Shown: one piece after another, positions 29,250-37,608 of the stretch
How positions within the stretch are numbered: the stretch's first letter is position 1
How the letters are laid out: every line of letters begins with the position of its first letter
Assembly: GCA_947177525.1 (NCBI GenBank)
Contig: CAMWUW010000001.1
Span: 6,847-70,846 of the forward strand
From: an uncultured Bacteroidales bacterium
GTDB lineage: Bacteria > Bacteroidota > Bacteroidia > Bacteroidales > UBA932
Length of the DNA stretch: 64,000 nt
Direction: 5' to 3'
The notes under the pieces: model-generated
Told to the model about the DNA's origin: nothing
Databases searched by the model: none
What the model saw: the letters and a program-made list of their open reading frames with translations, nothing else
Position numbers and translations under genes: made by a program

Positions 29250-29332
29250 GCGGATGTGGCGAAATGGTAGACGCGCTACTTTGAGGGGGTAGTGGGAGTT
29301 TTCCTGTGCGAGTTCGAGTCTCGCCATCCGCA
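29250..29332 (+). tRNA. tRNA-Leu (anticodon GAG)
   Basis: Acceptor GCGGATG/CATCCGC, D-loop TGGTAGAC, anticodon arm CTACT-TTGAGGG-GGTAG, long variable arm, T-loop GTTCGAGTC. CCA not encoded. Confidence 0.97.
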
Positions 29333-29339
29333 CTCAATG

Positions 29340-29369
29340 ACGGAAGCAGAACAATCTGCTTCCGTTTTT
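29340..29369 (+). terminator. Rho-independent terminator of tRNA-Leu
   Basis: ACGGAAGCAGA-acaa-TCTGCTTCCGT followed by a T run. Confidence 0.85.
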
Positions 29370-29446
29370 CTTTTATAATCCCCTGAGACAGAGTCGATTA
29401 TATTGAATACTATACCCTTCTCAGGAGTTCGATAACACCCGTTTTC

Positions 29447-29840
29447 GGCTCAACGTAAAATCCCGGTTGTTTTTCATTTTCTGCATCACCGGCACAAAGC
29501 GTGCGGAGCGAGCCCTTTGACGTAGCTCGCGCAGCTGCTTTGAGGAGCTGGCTGGCGTATTTGCCAGCTCCGTTGCCCTGCACTACGCAAAGATCTTGGC
29601 GAGTCTGAAGATGAAGAACGGAATATCCCTGACACCTCTGAACTGTGCTCTGAAAGCCTTTACTTTGGCTCAACGTAAAAAGTAGGTTGATTTGCAATTG
29701 TAGTAGGTTCGGGGCACAAGGCAGGCAGAGCAGCCCCTGGGCTGAGTTGAGCAGCTTGCTTTGAGCAGCCGGTGGGCGTATATGCCGGCTGCGGTGCCAG
29801 GCGTCAGGCAAAGATTTTCACAAGCCTGAAGATAAAGAAC
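29447..29840. repeat. Family A: degenerate ~220-bp tandem duplication with a conserved hairpin
   Basis: GGCTCAACGTAAAA at 29447 and 29667; shared blocks GGCACAA, GCTTTGAG, GGCGTAT, GCAAAGAT and CTGAAGAT.AAGAAC. Confidence 0.85.
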
Positions 29841-29971
29841 TTGGCATCAGTGCCACTCCCTATCAAAGCAGCCCTGAAGTTCTTGATTTTGGGGTAGGGT
29901 GGACATTGGGTAGAATAAAATCCTTGCAATCTGTTGATTCTCTTGCATTTCTGGTCGTTTCGGCCTCCAAC

Positions 29972-30264
29972 CGTTCCAGGTCTGCATCTTAAATGTGACA
30001 CCTGGCACACCTTTGAATCATAACGTCTTAATTAACAATGTATTACAAAACTGCCCCGTGCCAGGTCCTCCAATGAGAAAGCAGACCTGGCACGCCTTCG
30101 AATTGTAACATTATGATTACCCGCATATTGTAAAATCAAACCGTTCCAGGTCTGCATCTTGAACGTGACACCTGGAACGCCCTAAAATTGTAACGTATTC
30201 ATTTCTAATATATTATAAAATGAGGCTATGTCAGGTCCTCCACCAAAATTGCACACCTGGCACG
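29972..30264. repeat. Family B: four 38-bp palindromic units at exact 85-bp period (REP/BIME-like)
   Basis: CGT(T/G)CCAGGT-N18-ACCTGG(C/A)ACG units start at 29972, 30057, 30142 and 30227; 47-bp AT-rich linkers. Confidence 0.92.
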
Positions 30265-30661
30265 CCTAATGAAAATCGGCACCATAAATCTATGTTGCTC
30301 TGCTCCAACAAAAGCCTCTCACGGCAACTCAATGACAGGCAGGCCAAACTTTTCCGCTTGATTCACCCTTCTTCCGGATTGTGGTGGCATCCGTTTTCGT
30401 GAGGTGTTTTTCGACTCCAGCATTCCCGGCGCAAAATAATCGAAGAACACTCCTTTGGTGCAGGTCGCGCAACATGCTTTGGTCAGTTAACCTGCACATT
30501 TTCCGACCGTGTTGCATGTGTATGGAAATGATCAAAGCACAAATGTGTGTCAATCAGATGGTTATGTGCTTGCTGGTATGCTGTTTACGGCACCATTGAA
30601 TGAGTGGTCTGCTACCGGGGAGTGCTTTGCGTTTCTCGTGCTTATGCCGTCTCCGTAAAAC

Positions 30662-30771
30662 CCGTGGTGCGCAATCAGCTGTAAATCAGCCGTTTCCTAT
30701 AAATCGCTGCCCCAAAAACGGGGCAGCGATTTATAGGAAGTGATTGAGAATCAAAAACTTGCGTACCACGG
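30662..30771. repeat. Family C: ~110-bp palindromic MITE/REP-like element, copy 1
   Basis: Terminal IR CCGTGGTGCGCAA / TTGCGTACCACGG; perfect 20-bp inner stem 30694-30713 / 30720-30739 with loop AAAAAC. Confidence 0.9.
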
Positions 30772-30891
30772 AGCTCCGCAGAAATGGGGCCCGAGAAGTG
30801 AAATGATTGAAAATCTGCATAAAAGTGAAGCAGAAAGGGGTAAAATAATTATGATTTGATTATTTTTGCACCTTCATTATTGACATTAAAT

Positions 30892-32604
30892 ATGACTATC
30901 TACACTTTCCTTAAGCTTCTCGGGTGTCTCGCTCTTCTTATGTATGGGATGAAGACAATGAGCGAAGCTCTGCAGAAACTTACCGGAGGCCATTTGCGCA
31001 GCGTGCTTGGCGCCATGACAACCAACCGTTTCACAGGTCTGTTGACAGGAGCCTTTGTCACTGCTGCCGTTCAGTCCTCGACTGCCACGACTGTTTTGAC
31101 GGTCAGTTTTGTAAATGCCGGACTTCTTTCCCTTGCACAGGCAATTTCAGTCATAATGGGAGCCAATATCGGAACCACAGCCACGGCGTGGATTATGTCC
31201 GTATTCGGTTTTCAGTTCGACATGAGTACTGTGGTCTTCCCATTCTTTGCGGTTGCCATAGTGCTCATTTTCTTAAATAAGAATTCCACAAAATCCCTTG
31301 GTGAATTCATATTCGGCTTTTCGCTCATGTTCCTCGGACTGTGCACCCTCAGGGAAAATGCCCTGGACATGGACCTTGCCCACAACCAGGCAATCATTGA
31401 CTTCTTTGCTGCCTGCGGAGGCTGGGGCTTCGGCTCGACTCTTCTGTTTCTTCTGCTCGGAAGCGTCCTGACAATGTGCGTGCAGTCATCCGCCGCAATC
31501 ATGGCAATCACAATGATACTCTGCTCAAGCGGAGTGCTGCCGATATACCACGGCATCGCCCTTGTCATGGGTGAAAACATAGGAACCACAGTCACTTCCA
31601 ACATTGCCGCAATGAGTGCAAGTACCCAGGCCAGGCGTGCCGCCCTTGCACACATGCTCTTCAACGTATTCGGTGTTATATGGGTGCTGATTGTTTTCCG
31701 GCCTTTCGTCAATATGGTCTGCCGTTTTGTCGGGTATGATCCGGATTTCGTTCCTGTCACCCAGGCTGACGTGGCATCCGTGTCTGTCAAGCTGACGTAT
31801 GTGCTTGCCGCTTTCCATACTGCATTCAATGTGTGCAATGTGCTGATTCTTATATGGTTCGTTAAACCGATAGAGAGGATCGTCAGCCGTGCCATCCCTC
31901 AGAAGGCAGAGGACGAGGAAGGACGTCTGCGCTTCATCTCAAGCGGTCTTCTGTCTACCGCAGAACTTTCGCTTTTTGAGGCAAGGAAAGAAATCAACCT
32001 TTTTGCGGAAAGGTGCCGCAGGATGTTTTCATTCATTCCGCAGCTTCTCATGCTGAAAGATGAGAATGAATTCAACAAACTCTACACCCGTGTGGAGAAA
32101 TATGAGGGCATAAGCGACAACATGGAGATAGAAATCGCCAACTACCTGAACAAAGTTTCGGAAGGACGCCTCAGCCCTGACAGCAAGAACACAATCCGCT
32201 CAATGCTCAGGGAGATTTCTGAGCTGGAGAGCATTTGCGACAGCTGCTTCAACCTTGCAAGGACTCTTGACCGCAAGCATAAAGGCAAGGAAGATTTTAC
32301 AGAGGGGCAGTATAAGCATATCGGACACATGTTCGAACTGTGCATGAATGCTCTTGACCAGATGGTGCGCCAGCTCAATGACGAGGTTCCCGAGACTGAG
32401 ACCGTGAAGTCCCTCAATATAGAGAATGAGATAAACAATTACAGGTCACAGCTTAAGGAAATGAATCTCAATGATGTCAATGAGCAGAAATATGACTATC
32501 AGATGGGAGTCAATTATATGGACATCATCGGTGACTGCGAAAAGCTCGGAGACTATGTGATAAATGTAGTTGAGGCACATTCTCACAAGAAACTGTCCAT
32601 GTAA
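30892..32604 (+). CDS. Na/Pi cotransporter family protein with PhoU-like C-terminus
   Basis: Duplicated QSS motifs (VQSSTAT, VQSSAA) and GANIGTT / GENIGTT; terminal EKLGDY..NV. Confidence 0.92.
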   Translation: MTIYTFLKLLGCLALLMYGMKTMSEALQKLTGGHLRSVLGAMTTNRFTGLLTGAFVTAAVQSSTATTVLTVSFVNAGLLSLAQAISVIMGANIGTTATAWIMSVFGFQFDMSTVVFPFFAVAIVLIFLNKNSTKSLGEFIFGFSLMFLGLCTLRENALDMDLAHNQAIIDFFAACGGWGFGSTLLFLLLGSVLTMCVQSSAAIMAITMILCSSGVLPIYHGIALVMGENIGTTVTSNIAAMSASTQARRAALAHMLFNVFGVIWVLIVFRPFVNMVCRFVGYDPDFVPVTQADVASVSVKLTYVLAAFHTAFNVCNVLILIWFVKPIERIVSRAIPQKAEDEEGRLRFISSGLLSTAELSLFEARKEINLFAERCRRMFSFIPQLLMLKDENEFNKLYTRVEKYEGISDNMEIEIANYLNKVSEGRLSPDSKNTIRSMLREISELESICDSCFNLARTLDRKHKGKEDFTEGQYKHIGHMFELCMNALDQMVRQLNDEVPETETVKSLNIENEINNYRSQLKEMNLNDVNEQKYDYQMGVNYMDIIGDCEKLGDYVINVVEAHSHKKLSM

Positions 32605-32633
32605 ACAAAGAAAATTGATAACTGAAAAGATAT

Positions 32634-33506
32634 ATGCAGACATTGACTAACGGTGTCCTGACAGTTGAAATCAACGAGGTCGGGGCAGAACTTTGGAGCA
32701 TCAGGAAAGGTGAGACAGAATATCTCTGGCATGGAGAACCTGCTTACTGGAACCGCCGCTCTCCTGTGCTCTTCCCTATAGTGGGAAGCGTATGGGAGGC
32801 AAGATACCGCGTTGACGGCAAAGAATACACGATGGGGCAGCATGGTTTTGCACGTGACATGGAATTTGAGGTCGTGGCAAATACCGGTGACAGCATCCGT
32901 TTCAGGCTTGAGTCTTCTGAAGAGACACTTAAGGCATATCCTTATCCTTTCACACTCGAAATCGGATATCGTCTTGAAGGCTGCGGAATAGAAGTGTCGT
33001 GGGAGGTCGGCAATCCGGCTGACAAGGACATGCACTTCCAGATAGGAGCACATCCTGCTTTCCTGTATCCGGACTACGGCAAGCTTGGGAAAGGCCGTGG
33101 ATATTTTACTTTTGACCGCAGCGAAGGCCTGGAATGCTTAGGACTTGCAGGAAAGGGTTGTGCCGATGTCAATGTGAAATATCCGCTTCCGATGAAAGAC
33201 GGCATACTGAAACTGGATGCAAATACTTTCGATGAGGTGGATACTTTCGTTCTTCAGGATTCCCAGGTGGGAAAGGTCTCCATGTTCTGTGAAGACGGAA
33301 CTCCATGGCTGTCCGTCACTTTTGACGCTCCTGTACTCGGATTGTGGTCTCCTCCCGGCAAAGATGCTCCGTTCGTGTGCATTGAGCCTTGGTACGGACG
33401 GTGCGACCGTGCCGGATTTGAAGGGGAGTTCAAGGACAGGGACTGGATGAACAGCCTTGCCTCCGGAGAAAAATTCAATGCTTCCTATCGCATAGAGATA
33501 GCGTAA
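32634..33506 (+). CDS. Aldose 1-epimerase family protein (LacX-like)
   Basis: Motifs SPVLFPIVG, QHGFARD, YPYPF, IGAHPAF, FVCIEPW. Confidence 0.9.
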   Translation: MQTLTNGVLTVEINEVGAELWSIRKGETEYLWHGEPAYWNRRSPVLFPIVGSVWEARYRVDGKEYTMGQHGFARDMEFEVVANTGDSIRFRLESSEETLKAYPYPFTLEIGYRLEGCGIEVSWEVGNPADKDMHFQIGAHPAFLYPDYGKLGKGRGYFTFDRSEGLECLGLAGKGCADVNVKYPLPMKDGILKLDANTFDEVDTFVLQDSQVGKVSMFCEDGTPWLSVTFDAPVLGLWSPPGKDAPFVCIEPWYGRCDRAGFEGEFKDRDWMNSLASGEKFNASYRIEIA

Positions 33507-33557
33507 TAGCATGCTTTTTGAGTTGCCTGCATTCCGGTTAGTTTTAGTAATGTTTAA

Positions 33558-34103
33558 ATGCAGGTGATTATGAACGGTACACTTATTCCCTTGGCCCTGG
33601 CTGCAGTAATGTTTCCGGGGCTGCTTTTTGCTCCGGACGGGCAGCACGACACTTCTGTAATTCCTTCTTTTGACCTTCGCTCATATCTGGGTACGTGGTA
33701 TGAAATCGCAAGATATGACCACAGGTTTGAGAGGGGGATGGACAATGTCACTGCTGAGTATCTTCTCCGTGATGACGGTAAAGTGGATGTAATCAATTCA
33801 GGATGGAAGAACGGTAAAATGAAGACTGCCGTCGGTAAGGCGAAACAGCCCGATCCGCAGGGTTATCCTGCCAGGCTGAAAGTGTCATTTTTCTGGTTTT
33901 TCTATAGTGATTACAATATAATGATGCTGGATGACGACTGCGGCGTGGCACTGGTCGGCAGTTCAAGTCCCGGATATCTGTGGATCCTGTCAAGGACTCC
34001 GTCCATTGATGACTCTGTCCTTGAAAAATTTTTGGACGAGGCCCGCAGGCGCGGCTATGATACATCCAAACTTATATATGTGGACCAGAGTCTGAATGTA
34101 TAG
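33558..34103 (+). CDS. Bacterial lipocalin (Blc-like)
   Basis: Motifs YLGTWYEIAR, LKVSFF, YLWILSRTP, GYD. Confidence 0.9.
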   Translation: MQVIMNGTLIPLALAAVMFPGLLFAPDGQHDTSVIPSFDLRSYLGTWYEIARYDHRFERGMDNVTAEYLLRDDGKVDVINSGWKNGKMKTAVGKAKQPDPQGYPARLKVSFFWFFYSDYNIMMLDDDCGVALVGSSSPGYLWILSRTPSIDDSVLEKFLDEARRRGYDTSKLIYVDQSLNV

Positions 34104-34135
34104 CCGGGCATATCCTCATTAGTTAGTATAATGAA

Positions 34136-34176
34136 GCCCCCTGTCTCGCAATAAGTCGTGACAGGGGGCATTTTTG
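34136..34176 (+). terminator. Rho-independent terminator after lipocalin
   Basis: GCCCCCTGTC ... GACAGGGGGC followed by ATTTTT. Confidence 0.75.
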
Positions 34177-34250
34177 TTGTTCCGGAAAGCTGAAAATGGC
34201 GTGGTAATGCATATATTTGCAGATTGCCAGAAAGAATCAAAAGGATTTTT

Positions 34251-36686
34251 ATGAAACTGTCGGAACTGAAGACGGGAGAGCGTGGCGTAATAGTCAAGGT
34301 CTATGGCCATGGCGGCTTCCGTAAAAGAATAATTGAAATGGGTTTTGTCAAGGGCAGCCATGTCAAGGTTGTCCTGAATGCACCGTTGAAGGACCCTATA
34401 GAATACGAAATCATAGGGTATAAAATTTCCCTTAGGCGTGAAGAAGCCGAAAAAATAGAAATAATCAGCGAAACTGAGGCAAAGGAATCCATGGGACGGA
34501 ATCCATGGGACGGAATCCATGGGACGGAATCAGCGGCTGCGGGCAGGCTTCATGCCATAGAGGCTGATGATTGTGATGAGGTGTGCATTGAGCGCAGGAT
34601 GAGTGATATGGCAGAAATGAGAGGCAAGGTGATAAAAGTCGCACTTGCTGGCAATCCTAACTGCGGAAAGACATCCTTGTTCAACATGGCCTCAGGAAGC
34701 CACGAGCATGTCGGCAACTACAGCGGAGTCACTGTTGACGCCAAGGAGGGCACCTTCTCGCACGGGGGATATAAGTTCATCCTTGTGGATCTTCCCGGGA
34801 CATATTCATTGTCGGCATACAGTCCTGAGGAACTTTACGTGCGCAAGAACCTTTTGGAAGACATGCCGGATGTTGTCGTGAATGTAGTCGATGCATCCAA
34901 TCTCCAGCGCAACCTGTATCTTACCACCCAGCTCATAGACATGAATCTGAGGGTAGTAATGGCCCTCAACATGTATGATGAGCTGAAGTCCAGGGGTGAC
35001 AGCCTTGACGTCCGGCAGCTTGGCTATCTTCTCGGCATGCCTGTCGTGCCTACGGTGAGCCGAACCGGGGAGGGAATCCATGACTTGTTTGACACCGTTA
35101 TACAGATTTATGAGAAAAGCGATCCTTATCTTGCCCGTCATATCCACATAAATCACGGAGCGGAAATAGAACAGAGCATAGACAGGATAAAGCATCTTAT
35201 CCAGAGATGGCCGTCCATACGTGACAAATATTCGACACGCTGGCTTGCAATAAAATATCTTGAAAACGACAAGGATGTCGAAGCAGTAGTCGAAGGGCTT
35301 CCCGGCAGGGATGAGATTATTGCAGCCCGGTTTGAGGAACAGAAAAGGATTGCGGAGCTTTTGGGGACCGGAATGGAGTCTGCATTGGTGGATGCAAAAT
35401 ATGCCTTTATACAGGGTGCGCTTGCGGAGACATTCGAATCCGGCCATACAGACAGGAAGAGGCACACTATAACGGACAAGATAGATGCGGCCGTGACCAA
35501 CAAATGGCTTGCATTCCCTATTTTCTTCCTTCTTCTGTATGTCGTGTTTGACGGCACATTCGTATTGGGGGACTACCCCATGAGATGGATAGGCTGGCTT
35601 GTTGAAAAATTCGGCGAATTTGTGTCGTCCGCAATGCCGGACGGATGGCTGAAGGATTTGGCTACGGACGGAGTGATAGGAGGAGTCGGCAGCGTGCTTG
35701 TCTTCCTTCCGAACATAATGATACTGTACCTTTTCATTTCCCTGCTGGAGGATTCCGGCTACATGGCACGTGCTGCCTTCATAATGGACAGGATGATGCA
35801 CAAGATGGGGCTTCACGGCAAATCTTTCATACCTATGATCATGGGCTTCGGATGCAACGTGCCGGCAATTATGGCAGCCCGGACCATAGAGAGCCGCAAG
35901 AGCCGTCTTATCACCATATTGATAATCCCGCTCATGTCATGTGCCGGGCGCATGCCTGTGTACATACTGCTTGCCGGAGCATTTTTCCCGAACCATGCAC
36001 CTCTTGTCCTGCTTGGCCTGTATGCTCTCGGGATTGTGCTTGCTGTTCTTGCGGCAATGGTGATGGGACGTTTCATCAAGGATGATGACCTGCCTTTTGT
36101 TATGGAACTTCCACCTTACAGGATACCTACTGCAAAATCTGTTTTCCGTCATACGTGGGAGAAAGGCAAGCAGTATCTCCAGAAGATGAGCGGCATTATT
36201 CTTATCTGTTCTGTGACTATATGGTTCCTCGGATATTATCCAAACCATGATGCATACCAGAGCGTAAGCGAGCAGCAGGAGCATTCTTTCATAGGATATG
36301 TAGGCAGGGCCATGGAGCCTGTGCTCTCTCCGCTTGGCTTTGACTGGAGGATGGGAGTGGGAATCGTGGCCGGAGTGGGAGCTAAGGAGCTTGTAGTCAG
36401 CACTCTCGGCGTCATGTATTCAGAGGATGTGCCCGAAGGCGGCCGGAATGAGTCTGCCGAAGGGGAGACAAAGCTTCAGAAGGCCCTGTTGCGTTCTGTG
36501 ACCCCGGCCGGTGCCCTGGCATATATGGTTTTCATTCTGCTTTATTTCCCATGCATTGCAACATTTGTTGCCATAAAGTATGAGACCGGAGGCTGGAAGT
36601 GGGCATTTGTCACGGCTGCGTATACTCTGCTGCTGGCATGGACTGCGGCTTTCATTACCTTCAGGGTCGGCTCTTTGTTCCTGTAG
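34251..36686 (+). CDS. feoB: Ferrous iron transporter, FeoA-FeoB fusion
   Basis: FeoA part (RIIEMG, APLKDPI, SLRREEA); G motifs GNPNCGKT, DLPG, NMYD; membrane motifs GFGCNVPA, LYFPCIAT. Confidence 0.96.
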   Translation: MKLSELKTGERGVIVKVYGHGGFRKRIIEMGFVKGSHVKVVLNAPLKDPIEYEIIGYKISLRREEAEKIEIISETEAKESMGRNPWDGIHGTESAAAGRLHAIEADDCDEVCIERRMSDMAEMRGKVIKVALAGNPNCGKTSLFNMASGSHEHVGNYSGVTVDAKEGTFSHGGYKFILVDLPGTYSLSAYSPEELYVRKNLLEDMPDVVVNVVDASNLQRNLYLTTQLIDMNLRVVMALNMYDELKSRGDSLDVRQLGYLLGMPVVPTVSRTGEGIHDLFDTVIQIYEKSDPYLARHIHINHGAEIEQSIDRIKHLIQRWPSIRDKYSTRWLAIKYLENDKDVEAVVEGLPGRDEIIAARFEEQKRIAELLGTGMESALVDAKYAFIQGALAETFESGHTDRKRHTITDKIDAAVTNKWLAFPIFFLLLYVVFDGTFVLGDYPMRWIGWLVEKFGEFVSSAMPDGWLKDLATDGVIGGVGSVLVFLPNIMILYLFISLLEDSGYMARAAFIMDRMMHKMGLHGKSFIPMIMGFGCNVPAIMAARTIESRKSRLITILIIPLMSCAGRMPVYILLAGAFFPNHAPLVLLGLYALGIVLAVLAAMVMGRFIKDDDLPFVMELPPYRIPTAKSVFRHTWEKGKQYLQKMSGIILICSVTIWFLGYYPNHDAYQSVSEQQEHSFIGYVGRAMEPVLSPLGFDWRMGVGIVAGVGAKELVVSTLGVMYSEDVPEGGRNESAEGETKLQKALLRSVTPAGALAYMVFILLYFPCIATFVAIKYETGGWKWAFVTAAYTLLLAWTAAFITFRVGSLFL
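34484..34531 (+). repeat. 14-bp tandem repeat (3.4 copies) in the FeoA-FeoB linker
   Basis: GGAATCCATGGGAC at 34484, 34498 and 34512, plus GGAATC at 34526. Confidence 0.95.
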
Positions 36687-36741
36687 CCATACCTACAATT
36701 GGGTATTGATGCCCCTGAGATGTAAGAGTATCTTTGCAAAA

Positions 36742-36822
36742 GAAAAATGTAAGCCATTATAGTTAGTTTAGTTATGTCTCGGATGCAGGGCGGCGTGATG
36801 CCGCTCTCATCTGCCGTTTATT
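36742..36822 (+). ncRNA. Candidate small RNA or structured leader downstream of feoB
   Basis: Promoter ATTG-N20-TATCTTTG (36705-36736), U-rich TTAGTTTAGTT segment, then GC-rich hairpin 36780-36814. Confidence 0.35.
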
Positions 36823-36921
36823 GCTGTAGCAATTGAGCCGGGAGCAGAGGAGGAAAATTAATTTTCACTATGCCGGGGCGGTGTGATTATGGATTGAAAA
36901 TCTAAAAGAAGATTGGTAAAT

Positions 36922-37608
36922 ATGGAAAGAATGAAATTTACGGATTCGATGAAACTGGCGGAGCTGATAAGCCTGAACTGGAAGCTGCTGAGCGTACTTT
37001 CCCGGCTTGGTATAGGGCTTGGATTCGGTGAAAGCACCATAAGGGAGGCCTGCGGCAGGCACGGGATAAATCCGTCGTCATTTCTGCTCATCTGCAGCGT
37101 GTATACATACGATGACTACATCCCCTCCGCAGACATGCTCAAAGACGCTGAGCCGTTGTCGATAGTGGAGTATCTGCACAATTCGCATTCATTTTACCTT
37201 GACAAGGAGTTTGTGTCTCTTGAAAAGAACATGAACGCTCTGGCCGGCTCCTGTGAAGCCATGAGTAAAAAGATTCTGGTGCGCTTTTTCGATGAATACA
37301 AGACGCAGGTGCAGAATCATTTTGCATACGAAGAGAATGTCGTCTTTCCGTATGTAAGGGCTTTGGCTGAGGGGAAGAGGACTGAGAGCTATTCGATAGA
37401 ACAGTTCGAGGAGAACCACACCAATATAGACGAGGCCCTCAATGACCTCAAGAACATTGTTATGAAATATATGCCTGAGACATGCGATGCCGTATCACAT
37501 AATGAAATGCTGTACGGGATATTCCGTCTCGAGGATGATTTGCGCAAGCATACGGTTATCGAGGACTGCGTGCTCATACCTATTGTAAACCGATTGGAGG
37601 AAAAATGA
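36922..37608 (+). CDS. ScdA_N/hemerythrin-like domain protein
   Basis: Motifs LGFGE.TI.EAC, YLHNSH.FY, HFAYEE.VVFPY, H..I...L.DLK, HT.IED..L.P. Confidence 0.85.
   Translation: MERMKFTDSMKLAELISLNWKLLSVLSRLGIGLGFGESTIREACGRHGINPSSFLLICSVYTYDDYIPSADMLKDAEPLSIVEYLHNSHSFYLDKEFVSLEKNMNALAGSCEAMSKKILVRFFDEYKTQVQNHFAYEENVVFPYVRALAEGKRTESYSIEQFEENHTNIDEALNDLKNIVMKYMPETCDAVSHNEMLYGIFRLEDDLRKHTVIEDCVLIPIVNRLEEK

Noticed and set aside
29972-30264. CRISPR array
   Set aside because: Units vary internally, linkers are homologous to each other rather than unique, and no cas genes are present in the window.
29410-30599. Small ORFs in the repeat island (e.g. 29410..29811, 30329..30553)
   Set aside because: No recognisable motifs; their mutual similarity (LCAGDA / FCAGNA) is explained by the DNA repeat.
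29250-30830. Prophage or integrative element at tRNA-Leu
   Set aside because: No integrase, and I saw no duplicated tRNA 3' end (att site).
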